Source: Candidatus Peregrinibacteria bacterium UBA1369
GTDB taxonomy: Bacteria; Patescibacteriota; Gracilibacteria; UBA1369
Assembly: GCA_002305925.1 (NCBI GenBank)
Contig: DBRL01000013.1
Location: forward strand, 54,540 to 118,539
Direction: 5' to 3'
DNA length: 64,000 bases
Part shown: one piece after another, positions 28,522 to 37,159 of the stretch
Position numbering within the stretch: position 1 is the first letter of the stretch
Layout of the letters: every line of letters begins with the position of its first letter
Made by a program: the position numbers and the translations under genes
The notes under the pieces: model-generated
The model's input: only the letters and a program-made list of their open reading frames with translations
What the model was told of the DNA's origin: nothing
Database searches by the model: none

Positions 28522-29827
28522 ATTCATCAGCAGCAAACCCGCCGCGCCGGAGGAAAAGCCCGGAGCGGGGGTAGAAAAAACATCGGAATCCGCTCAAAAA
28601 CAACCTTCGCTGCAGGAAATCGCCCGCAAAGCCGCGGAACGTTTCACCCAGCCTGAAGAAAAAAGACGTTTTTTGATTGAACTGGCCAAAGAACTGCGCG
28701 CCAGAATCGACGAACTTTCCCCCGAACTGCGCACAAGATTTTACAATGGCAAAGAAGATTTGGATTTAAACAGCGTCACTGCCGTCTATGGCTTGCGCGA
28801 ACACCTGAGCGCGGAAATCACCCCCGAGGGCGGCCTGCGTGAAGCCGATGAAGACACCACCGCGAAAATACCGGGAGAATACCGCATCCCCGAGCGGCCT
28901 GCCGGCGCCAAAGGCGGCCAGAAGCTTCTCCGTGAATGGGGACTGAACCGCAACATGAACGCTTTCCAGGACCAGCTTGCCGACAACATCATCCGTGAAA
29001 TTGAGCGCGGCAACGTGCCGGATTCCTGCCGCAACATGCATACCATCACCATGCAGGGAGAAGACGGTACCAAAATCTCTTTCCGCACCTCGGCCGGCTA
29101 TCTGGCCGTCGGTTCAAACCAGGACCACGTCAGGGTGCCCCTTTCCGGATACATGGCCAAGCGCATCGCCGACCACTTCGGCTGGACCCTGCCCACGGCC
29201 GACATGGCCGCAGCCACCGACAGAGCGGCCGACCTGCAGTTGCGCATCGGCGGGGAAACGCACAATGACTATGATCTTGCCCACATGGCCGACCTGGAAT
29301 ACGCCCGCAAACACAACCAGCGCGCCCAGAAATCATTGCAACGCCATCTCAATCAGATCAACAAGAGAGCCGCCGAACAGGGACAGCCACCTCTCACCGC
29401 CAATGATTTGAGCAGACTGCTCATCCGTGGCGAGAAAAAGAACATTTTTATCGGACAGCGCTCCGACCAGGGCGGCATCGGCATCGGAGGACTGCTCGAC
29501 ACCAACGGCAACCCCATTCAGCCCTACCAATATCCCCACTCTAAAGAAACCGGCCCCAACGGTGAGACCGGCTATCATGGTGACTACTCGCAATCAATCG
29601 CCATCCAGGCCCCCAAAGTCACCATCGTCACCCCGGACGGCAAGAGTCACAGCGTACATCTCTACGAAGCCCTGCGCGACCCCAAATACGCCAAAATCCT
29701 CAACCCCAGCGAAGCCGGTAAGAACGATGGTGTCTTTATCGCTGAAAACAGCTATCAGCGACGCGGAAACTTTGACTCTCCCACTCCACGGCGGCGCGGC
29801 AGAAGGGCCCCTTCGCGAACAGTCTGA
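28496..29827 (+). CDS. Hypothetical protein, no recognised domain
   Basis: A 443-aa ORF with no signal peptide. The N-terminus is disordered and E/K/P-rich, and the C-terminus is basic (RRRGRRAPSRTV). The gene is locally GC-rich. It is the only long ORF here with a protein-like composition. Confidence 0.6.
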   Translation: MAREPLKIEFISSKPAAPEEKPGAGVEKTSESAQKQPSLQEIARKAAERFTQPEEKRRFLIELAKELRARIDELSPELRTRFYNGKEDLDLNSVTAVYGLREHLSAEITPEGGLREADEDTTAKIPGEYRIPERPAGAKGGQKLLREWGLNRNMNAFQDQLADNIIREIERGNVPDSCRNMHTITMQGEDGTKISFRTSAGYLAVGSNQDHVRVPLSGYMAKRIADHFGWTLPTADMAAATDRAADLQLRIGGETHNDYDLAHMADLEYARKHNQRAQKSLQRHLNQINKRAAEQGQPPLTANDLSRLLIRGEKKNIFIGQRSDQGGIGIGGLLDTNGNPIQPYQYPHSKETGPNGETGYHGDYSQSIAIQAPKVTIVTPDGKSHSVHLYEALRDPKYAKILNPSEAGKNDGVFIAENSYQRRGNFDSPTPRRRGRRAPSRTV

Positions 29828-29890
29828 TTTAATTGCCGAAAAGCATCGGCTTTGTTACACTTAACGCCGATTACTATTTAATTTGCCCCT

Positions 29891-32269
29891 ATGATTTCCT
29901 TCCAACGCATCCTTGGAGGAGCCTTGGTCGTGCAGTTGCTACTGACAACCACGGCTTTCGGCGCCACCAATCCATCGTACCTGGCTCCGGCCAACAGTTT
30001 CGTCTACCTGGAAAGCAACACCGCCCAGGAAAACCCCCTCAAGGGTCAACTGGCCGACCTGCTGCGCCAGGCTGGCGAAGACATGGAAAATCAGGCCACA
30101 CTCAATGCTATCGCCGATAACATCGACCAGACCACCATCGCTATCAGCACCGCCTTTCACCAGGACGGCAGTGACATCTATTTCCTCTCAATGGCCCTGG
30201 ACGAGGACGACTTTCAAACCATTATCGACGAATTAACGGACAAAGACCTGATCATCAAAGACCTGGGCCAGAACAACATCATCTACCTGACCGGAGACGA
30301 CTTTTATTTCACCCACAAGGACGGTAATCTGCTGGCCTCCAATCGGGAAGGCATGGTCTCCGACCTTTTGCTGGTCCACAATCCCGACTCCATCGGCAAA
30401 ACAGCCGACTGGCAATTTCTCAACGGCAAAAGCAGTGGACGTGAATTCCTGCGCGGACTGATCAATTTCCGCCAAATGCCGGACAGTCTGGCCGAAGAAG
30501 AAAACCTCCCCTTCCAACTGACCGATTTAATTGAGTCCGAGAGCTTTGCCATCGAACAGACCAGCAGCGGCTTCAAAGGAATCGTTTCCGTCAAGAGCGG
30601 CTCCATGATGGAAAAATTATCGACCAGACCAACTTTTGTTCCTGAATTATACAAAAAGCTGCGCGCGGAAGGCGTTCTGTTTCATAGTGAATCCTTTGAT
30701 TTGGCCAGCGGCATCGTCGACACCATCGAACTGTTCTCGGCCATGTCCGGCCAGGCAACCGAAAGCGATCTCGAAGATTTCTACGCCGCCTTCGAAGAGG
30801 AAATTCTGGCAGCAACCGGACTGAATCTGGAGAAGCAAATCACTCCCCTGCTGCGCAACCGGTTTTCTCTCAGCATACACGATGAATCAGAACTGCAAAT
30901 GGCCCCTGCATTCACGCTGCTCAGCGATGTCAAAGGAAATGAAACCCTGGCCCGGGAAACCCTGGCCGCCATGCATTCCCAGCTGCAACAAAACATGCAG
31001 GACACCTTTGACAGATTTTACGATCAGGAATTGGCCTATCGCGAAGAATTAAAACAATATTTCGACGAAGATCCGTCCTATACTCCAACCACCCTGCCGG
31101 ACCGCCAAACCCTGAACCAGCTTTTTTTCCAGCAGTCTTCCCAAACCGTCAACGGCACAGTGTTCAACCAGCTGACCTTTGACCCGGAGGCCAACATGTA
31201 TTTCTATCAGGACGATTACCAGCCCAACCCGAAAACGGTTTTCACACTGTCCAGCGGCGTTACATCCGACGGTCTGCTGATTTTAACCACCAGCAAGAAC
31301 CTCAACACGCTTTTGTCGGGCAACGGCGGTATTGGCCAGGACAGCGAATGGCAAAAAAGCTATCAGGGGGGAAGCATGCTGGAAATAAATTTCCTTCAGC
31401 TGGACAATCTGGGCAGCTATATCGAAAAATTGGCCATCACAATAGACCCCGAATATGGACCGCAGGAGGTTGAGCCAATCCTGGATTTCCTCAGTCCGCT
31501 ACACAGTCTCACCGTAAAAAGCAGCAAAGAAAACGATTATTTCCTGGGACATTTCTCTCTGAACATGGACTTGTCAGTAACGGAAAATCTGATCGAATCA
31601 ATCTTTGAGGCAATGCAAAATTATTCCAACAGCTACGGTGAATACGATTATTATAACTGGGACGAATTTAACCGCTTTCAATTGACCGAACCAGCGCTCT
31701 TCCAAAAATTCAACTTCAGCGACGTCGATGAAAAAGCCTGGTACGCCCCCTATGTCTATCACATGGCCAATCTGGGCATCATGAAAGGTTATGGCAACAA
31801 TGAATTCCGTCCGGCCCAAAACATCACCAGAGCAGAATTCATCAAAACCATCATCACCGCGTACCAAAAACGCTATGGACAGGAAGAACCAAACAATATC
31901 ATGCCAGTAAAAGGATTTTCCGACGTACTGGCCAATGACTGGTTTTCTCCCTATGTCAATCAGGCGCTCAGTCTGGAACTGATTACCGGCTACAATGATG
32001 GCACCTTCCGTCCGAATCAGACCATTACGCGCGCCGAGGCTACCGCCATCCTGGTCCGTACCTGGGAAAACGACCATTATTTCTACGAAATGGCACTGGA
32101 TGAACCCTTTGACGACGTCAATCCGACAGACTGGTTTCAAGCGGCCATAGCCAAAGCCTATCAACTCAATCTGGTCAGTGGAAAAACACCCACCACCTTT
32201 GCTCCCAGCGCCCCGCTCAGCCGAGCCGAAACAGCCACCCTGATCAGCCGCTATTTGGAGTGGTACTAA
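29891..32269 (+). CDS. Secreted protein with three C-terminal S-layer homology (SLH) domains
   Basis: The signal peptide is MISFQRILGGALVVQLLLTTTAFGA. The three SLH repeats are FSDVDEKAWYAPYVYHMANLGIMKGYGNNEFRP...ITRAEF, FSDVLANDWFSPYVNQALSLELITGYNDGTFRPNQTITRAEA and FDDVNPTDWFQAAIAKAYQLNLVSGK...LSRAETA. Confidence 0.8.
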   Translation: MISFQRILGGALVVQLLLTTTAFGATNPSYLAPANSFVYLESNTAQENPLKGQLADLLRQAGEDMENQATLNAIADNIDQTTIAISTAFHQDGSDIYFLSMALDEDDFQTIIDELTDKDLIIKDLGQNNIIYLTGDDFYFTHKDGNLLASNREGMVSDLLLVHNPDSIGKTADWQFLNGKSSGREFLRGLINFRQMPDSLAEEENLPFQLTDLIESESFAIEQTSSGFKGIVSVKSGSMMEKLSTRPTFVPELYKKLRAEGVLFHSESFDLASGIVDTIELFSAMSGQATESDLEDFYAAFEEEILAATGLNLEKQITPLLRNRFSLSIHDESELQMAPAFTLLSDVKGNETLARETLAAMHSQLQQNMQDTFDRFYDQELAYREELKQYFDEDPSYTPTTLPDRQTLNQLFFQQSSQTVNGTVFNQLTFDPEANMYFYQDDYQPNPKTVFTLSSGVTSDGLLILTTSKNLNTLLSGNGGIGQDSEWQKSYQGGSMLEINFLQLDNLGSYIEKLAITIDPEYGPQEVEPILDFLSPLHSLTVKSSKENDYFLGHFSLNMDLSVTENLIESIFEAMQNYSNSYGEYDYYNWDEFNRFQLTEPALFQKFNFSDVDEKAWYAPYVYHMANLGIMKGYGNNEFRPAQNITRAEFIKTIITAYQKRYGQEEPNNIMPVKGFSDVLANDWFSPYVNQALSLELITGYNDGTFRPNQTITRAEATAILVRTWENDHYFYEMALDEPFDDVNPTDWFQAAIAKAYQLNLVSGKTPTTFAPSAPLSRAETATLISRYLEWY

Positions 32270-32305
32270 TTGATTAGATTAAACCGACAAACCTTAATTA
32301 TCACT

Positions 32306-32340
32306 AGAAAGAAGGCTTTATAAAGCCTTCTTTCTTTTTA
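32306..32340 (+). terminator. Rho-independent terminator after the SLH gene
   Basis: A perfect 30-nt palindrome (AGAAAGAAGGCTTTA/TAAAGCCTTCTTTCT) is followed by TTTTA. Confidence 0.7.
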
Positions 32341-32478
32341 AATTTAAAGATTTTCTTAAACGCCTAAAAATATATTTTCCTTAAAGATAGGGGCGGACAA
32401 TTCCTCCCCAAATAAACAAACTTCAATTGGTTTGAGAACGTCTATGTGCTACAAAAATATAAACAGCAAATCAAGAGT

Positions 32479-35178
32479 ATGGAAAACACCTATATTGCCC
32501 TGGACCTGGAAACCACCGGATTTGACCCCGCCACCGATGAAGTTCTGGAAATCGCCGCCATCAAATTCCAGGGCGAAAAAATCCTGGAAACCTTTCAAAC
32601 TCTGGTCAAACCGGCCACGGAAATACCGGCAATGGTTAGCCACATCACAGGCATCACCGTCGACACGGTCAGAGAAGCTCCAACTTTTGAGGATGTGCGC
32701 GACAATCTCAGCATCTTTCTGGGCAACCTGCCGATTGTCGGTCACAATATTGAGTTTGATCTGACCTTTTTGGAGGCCAAAGGCATTCCCATTCTCAGCC
32801 CCCAGTTTGACACACTCAAACTTTCGGCCATCCTGCTGCCACGCCTGCCCTCTTACAGTCTCGACACCATCAGCCGCCAGCTGAAAATCGTCCACGACCA
32901 AAAACACCGCGCCTACTCGGACGCATTGGTGTGCGTCAAACTGTTCAATTTGCTGGTGGAAAAAATCAAAACAATTCCCGCGCCACTGCTCCGGGAAATT
33001 CGCGAGATTGCTGAGCGAGGCGAATGGGACTTGGCAAAGATATTCACACAGACCGACAGCACTGCCAAAACAAATAAACGTCGCCCCGTTTCCGCCACCA
33101 AAACTCCGGAACCGCTTCCCGCTACACCGCCGGTTGACGACAAGAGAGCGCCCCATACAACCGGCCAGCCACAAAACGAAGACATTGTTGAACTGCTCGG
33201 CTCCAAAAGCCCCCTGGCCGGGATACTAAAAAACTATGAATATCGACCCGGCCAACAGACTTTCTTTCTCAAAATACTTGAAGCGGCACAAGAAGGACAC
33301 CACCTGATTGCCGAAGCGGGCACCGGCACCGGCAAAACCATGGCCTATCTGCTGGCGGCAGCCGCATTACGTACCCAGTCAGGCAAAAAAACCATTATTT
33401 CCACACATACCAATCATCTGCAGGATCAGATCATCGAAAAGGAATTTCCACTGATCCGTAAACTATTCCCCGGTCTGACCATTACAGTCCTAAAGGGACG
33501 CCGCAAATACCTTGACCGAAGTCGATTGCAAATACTACGTGACAAACCGCTACTCGAAGAACATGAAATCAGCGCCCTGATCAAAATTCTGCTCTGGCTG
33601 GAAGAAACCGAAAACGGTGATTTGGATGAATTGAACCTGCAAAACAAAGAAGTGCTAATTTATGATCAGATCTGCAGCGACCCCGACGGTCTTCACCATC
33701 CGCAGACCACAGCCGGCCAGGACTTCCTGGACCAGGCCAGAGCACGAGCTGAAAATGCCGATTTGGTCATCGTTAACCACGCCCTGCTGACACAGGACAG
33801 CCTGATGGAAAACTCAATTTTACCTGATGCCGACGTTTTAATTATCGATGAAGCGCATCACCTGGAAAAAACGTTGACCGATGCCCAGACAGTTATCTTC
33901 GGCGAAAACCGCCCCTACAAACTCTGGGAAAACCTCTTTGAGGCCGGCTTCAAACACATCAATCCCGAACAGTTTTTCCCCGAACGGTGGCCGGCCCTGC
34001 TCGAAAGACTCAAAACCGAACGCCAACTCTGTCTGGAAAACATCCCCCAAATCTTTCGTCTGTTGGAAAGCCTGATGAACCGTTTCTCTTCCGCTCCACC
34101 CGGCCTGGGCATGCGACTGGCCATCGACCAGAAACTGAGAACCGACCCACAATGGCAACAAATACTGGATCTGCTTGTCGAAATGGAGCAGCAAACCCCG
34201 CGCATCGCCCAGCTCTGCCGCGACATATCCACTCTTTTTCAGGACCTGCCGGTCGTTAACGAACAAATCGGCTACGCTCTACATGAAATCGAGCGATTTT
34301 TCCTGCAAATCAGCGCCTTTACCGGCGACGCCAACCACCAGATCACCTGGATCAACAAAAATTTCGATGACAGCATTCACCTGGCCACGGCGCCGCTGGC
34401 CATAGACCAGACTTTTGACGAAAAAGTTACCTCCCCCTACTCCACCGTCGTTCTCACCTCGGCCACGCTTTCCACCTATGGCAATTTCAATTACCTGCGC
34501 CGCGAACTGGGCCTGGAAGACAATTATGAACAAATACTTATCCCCAGCCATTTCAGCTATCCCGACCAGGTAAAAATTATCATTCCCGAAGACCTCTCCG
34601 ACCCCCGAGACAGCGACTACCTCAATCAATGCCGGCAAATCATTTCCGACGTAATCCAGAAAAACGGCGGACGCACGCTGGTACTTTTCACCGCCAAAAA
34701 AGATTTGGCCCATGTCTTCCATAACCTGGCCCCCTCACTGAAAACTGCCGGCTACAACCTGCTGGCCCAAAACATTTCCGGGGGACGCGGCAAAATACTG
34801 GCGCATTTCCAGGACGAGCCCGACCGTTGCGCCATTCTGGGCACCAACAGTTTCTGGGAAGGAGTCGACTTACTCGGCCCCGTACTGACCTGCGTTATCA
34901 TCCAAAAATTGCCTTTTGACCCCCCCGACGACCCGATCATCAAAGCCCGCTCCGCCCGCTTCGAAAAGCCGTTTGAACAATACGCCCTGCCCCGCGCCAT
35001 TCTGCGTTTCAAACAGGGCTTCGGGCGCCTGATCAGATCGGCGGAGGACACGGGGGCCGTCATCATCCTCGACTCCAGACTGGTACAAAAAAGCTATGGA
35101 CAGGAATTCGTTTCCTCGCTTCCTTCAGGCATCAAAATCCACCAATGCGCTCGCGGTGAAACCTCCGAATTCATCTAA
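32479..35178 (+). CDS. dinG: DinG-family protein: DEDDh 3'-5' exonuclease fused to a Rad3/XPD-like helicase
   Basis: The exonuclease motifs are ALDLETTG, HNIEFDLTFL and HRAYSDAL. The helicase motifs are AEAGTGTGKT (I) and IIDEAHHL (II). The start was chosen at MENTYIALDLETTG; the track offers a GTG at 32446. Confidence 0.85.
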   Translation: MENTYIALDLETTGFDPATDEVLEIAAIKFQGEKILETFQTLVKPATEIPAMVSHITGITVDTVREAPTFEDVRDNLSIFLGNLPIVGHNIEFDLTFLEAKGIPILSPQFDTLKLSAILLPRLPSYSLDTISRQLKIVHDQKHRAYSDALVCVKLFNLLVEKIKTIPAPLLREIREIAERGEWDLAKIFTQTDSTAKTNKRRPVSATKTPEPLPATPPVDDKRAPHTTGQPQNEDIVELLGSKSPLAGILKNYEYRPGQQTFFLKILEAAQEGHHLIAEAGTGTGKTMAYLLAAAALRTQSGKKTIISTHTNHLQDQIIEKEFPLIRKLFPGLTITVLKGRRKYLDRSRLQILRDKPLLEEHEISALIKILLWLEETENGDLDELNLQNKEVLIYDQICSDPDGLHHPQTTAGQDFLDQARARAENADLVIVNHALLTQDSLMENSILPDADVLIIDEAHHLEKTLTDAQTVIFGENRPYKLWENLFEAGFKHINPEQFFPERWPALLERLKTERQLCLENIPQIFRLLESLMNRFSSAPPGLGMRLAIDQKLRTDPQWQQILDLLVEMEQQTPRIAQLCRDISTLFQDLPVVNEQIGYALHEIERFFLQISAFTGDANHQITWINKNFDDSIHLATAPLAIDQTFDEKVTSPYSTVVLTSATLSTYGNFNYLRRELGLEDNYEQILIPSHFSYPDQVKIIIPEDLSDPRDSDYLNQCRQIISDVIQKNGGRTLVLFTAKKDLAHVFHNLAPSLKTAGYNLLAQNISGGRGKILAHFQDEPDRCAILGTNSFWEGVDLLGPVLTCVIIQKLPFDPPDDPIIKARSARFEKPFEQYALPRAILRFKQGFGRLIRSAEDTGAVIILDSRLVQKSYGQEFVSSLPSGIKIHQCARGETSEFI

Positions 35179-35239
35179 ACACCGCTTCCAACCAGCGGGA
35201 CAAAATGCTATAATAATATGATTGTTAGCCCCAAAAAGC

Positions 35240-36460
35240 ATGTTCAAAAAAATCCTTCTGGTCATTCTGATTCTGATGATGCTGGCAGTGATCGCCTTTA
35301 TCATCCTGATGGGCGGAGGCGCAAAATTCCTGCAGGGAGCCCTCTATAATCTGCGACCGGTCTATAACGAATGCCGCATTGAGGGAAAGGACTTTCAAAG
35401 CAGCGATGCCACGGACTGTGAAGAATTCATGCAAAGACTGGAAAACAAAGCATTTCCGGACGGCGAGTACACCGTCTTCGCCAAATACGCCGACAGCCGC
35501 CTGCCGGAAAACATTATACCCCTGCGCGTCAGTGAAAACGGCAACACCATTGAATGTACCTATCTGGAAAACGGCTACGAACCGAAAATCAGTGTCGCGC
35601 CGCTTTCCGACACCCTCAGCACTCAACAGCTTGGCGATACGCAGGAAACTCCAATCTATGAACAGGGCACGGTGGTCACGGTCAATTTCCGCAAGAACGG
35701 AAAAGAATACCTCTATGACACCAATATTTGTGAAAAAAGCCTTCAGGCCACCATCTACGATAGAAACAAACAGGAACTGGGCAAGGCCAGCCTGGACCGG
35801 AACGGATTTATCAACAGCCGTCCCCTGGTCCACGAACTGTTGATCAACAACACCCCCTATTACACCAGCTCCGAGGGACAAACCGTCAAGGACTTCCGGG
35901 CCGGTAACATCTATACCGTTTTCAATTTCGCGCCGGACCTCTTTTTCAAACTGACCATACCCTGCTCCAGGGAAAAGGTTGGAGTCTTTATTCCCGCCCT
36001 GGAAACAAACAAAGACATTCTGATCCCCTTTGACGGATTGGAAAAAGACTATCTGGAAACCTGCGGTTCCCGGCTCTATCTCAGTCTGCAAAACACCAAC
36101 CAAGCCGACGACATCCAAATCATCGACCAGCTCAACATCGACCCGCAATCTGATAAACCAACCTATCTGCTCAAACTCGACCAGCTGGCCAGAGTTACGG
36201 ACAAAGACACCACTTTCCCGGTCAGCTTCAAAATCAGCCTGCACCTGCGGGACCGCTCGGATTCAACGGAAATAATCACACTCGGCAGCAGTCTTTTGAA
36301 CATTACGGGATACCAAGCGGGCCAGGCCACTGCTACACCAAGCGCTTCGGGATCAACCAGTGACAAAATGGCCAGCCCCGACGTTACGCGCATCATCGAG
36401 GACAAAACCTCCACCACCGATCAGACCGCGCAAACCAGCCGTCCCAAAGTACGGCGCTGA
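35240..36460 (+). CDS. Hypothetical N-terminally membrane-anchored protein
   Basis: 406 aa from the ATG at 35240 (track TTG at 35222). MFKKILLVILILMMLAVIAFIILMG forms one TM helix. The remainder is polar with an S/T-rich tail. No recognised domain. Confidence 0.65.
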   Translation: MFKKILLVILILMMLAVIAFIILMGGGAKFLQGALYNLRPVYNECRIEGKDFQSSDATDCEEFMQRLENKAFPDGEYTVFAKYADSRLPENIIPLRVSENGNTIECTYLENGYEPKISVAPLSDTLSTQQLGDTQETPIYEQGTVVTVNFRKNGKEYLYDTNICEKSLQATIYDRNKQELGKASLDRNGFINSRPLVHELLINNTPYYTSSEGQTVKDFRAGNIYTVFNFAPDLFFKLTIPCSREKVGVFIPALETNKDILIPFDGLEKDYLETCGSRLYLSLQNTNQADDIQIIDQLNIDPQSDKPTYLLKLDQLARVTDKDTTFPVSFKISLHLRDRSDSTEIITLGSSLLNITGYQAGQATATPSASGSTSDKMASPDVTRIIEDKTSTTDQTAQTSRPKVRR

Positions 36461-36567
36461 TTAAGCCGACAGCAAGTCTTACGGCCACCGAGAACAATTT
36501 GCATTAGGCCGTCAGGTCGTTTAAAATTGGCGCAGGTTTTTTTGCAATATCAATTTAATTTAAACCA

Positions 36568-37140
36568 ATGGAACTGCTTATAGTTTTAGGCGTAATAGCC
36601 GCTCTGGCCTTTGCCGTTATCGGCGTGTACAACTCCCTGATCCAGCTGAAAAACAAAGTGGACGAGGGATGGGCTGACATTGAAACACAATTAAAACGCC
36701 GCTACGACCTGATCCCCAACATGGTTGAGACCGTAAAGGGATATGCCAAGCACGAAAACAAAACCCTGGAGGACGTTATCAAAGCCCGCAACATCGCCAT
36801 GACCGCCACCGACCCCGACGAGAAGATCAAGGCTGAAAACGCACTGACCGGGACACTGAAAACACTTTTCGCCGTAGCCGAAAACTACCCCGACCTGAAA
36901 GCCAACCAGAACTTCATGGACCTGCAGGCAACTCTCAAGGAAATTGAGGAAAAACTGCAACTTTCCCGCCGTTATTACAACGCCACCGTACGCGACTTTA
37001 ACACCAAGGTGGAAATTTTCCCCAACAACATCATCGCCGGGGTATTCAACTTTGCCCGCCGCAAATTCTTTGAAATCGAAAACCCCGAAGAGCGCGAAAA
37101 CGTCAAGGTTTCGTTCAACAACGACGAGGAAAAAAAATAA
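36568..37140 (+). CDS. lemA: LemA family protein
   Basis: 190 aa with an N-terminal TM helix, then YNSLIQLKNKVDEGWADIETQLKRRYDLIPNMVETVKGYAKHE and RRYYNATVRDFN, typical of LemA. Confidence 0.9.
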   Translation: MELLIVLGVIAALAFAVIGVYNSLIQLKNKVDEGWADIETQLKRRYDLIPNMVETVKGYAKHENKTLEDVIKARNIAMTATDPDEKIKAENALTGTLKTLFAVAENYPDLKANQNFMDLQATLKEIEEKLQLSRRYYNATVRDFNTKVEIFPNNIIAGVFNFARRKFFEIENPEERENVKVSFNNDEEKK

Positions 37141-37159
37141 TCTAACCATCTGGACGCCC

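Noticed and set aside
35225-36244. A 339-aa minus-strand ORF opposite the 406-aa membrane-anchored orphan.
   Set aside because: The plus-strand product has a clean N-terminal TM helix, fits the co-directional lemA context and is longer. The minus-strand product is rich in V/G/D/F, as expected for an antisense frame. Because neither has homologues I recognise, this rejection is less certain than the others.
36461-36567. GCCGTCAGGTCG in the spacer before lemA resembles part of the SRP (4.5S) RNA conserved loop.
   Set aside because: Only about 8 nt match. There is no GGAAGCAGCC-type partner strand and no long helix around it. That is insufficient for an RNA gene call.
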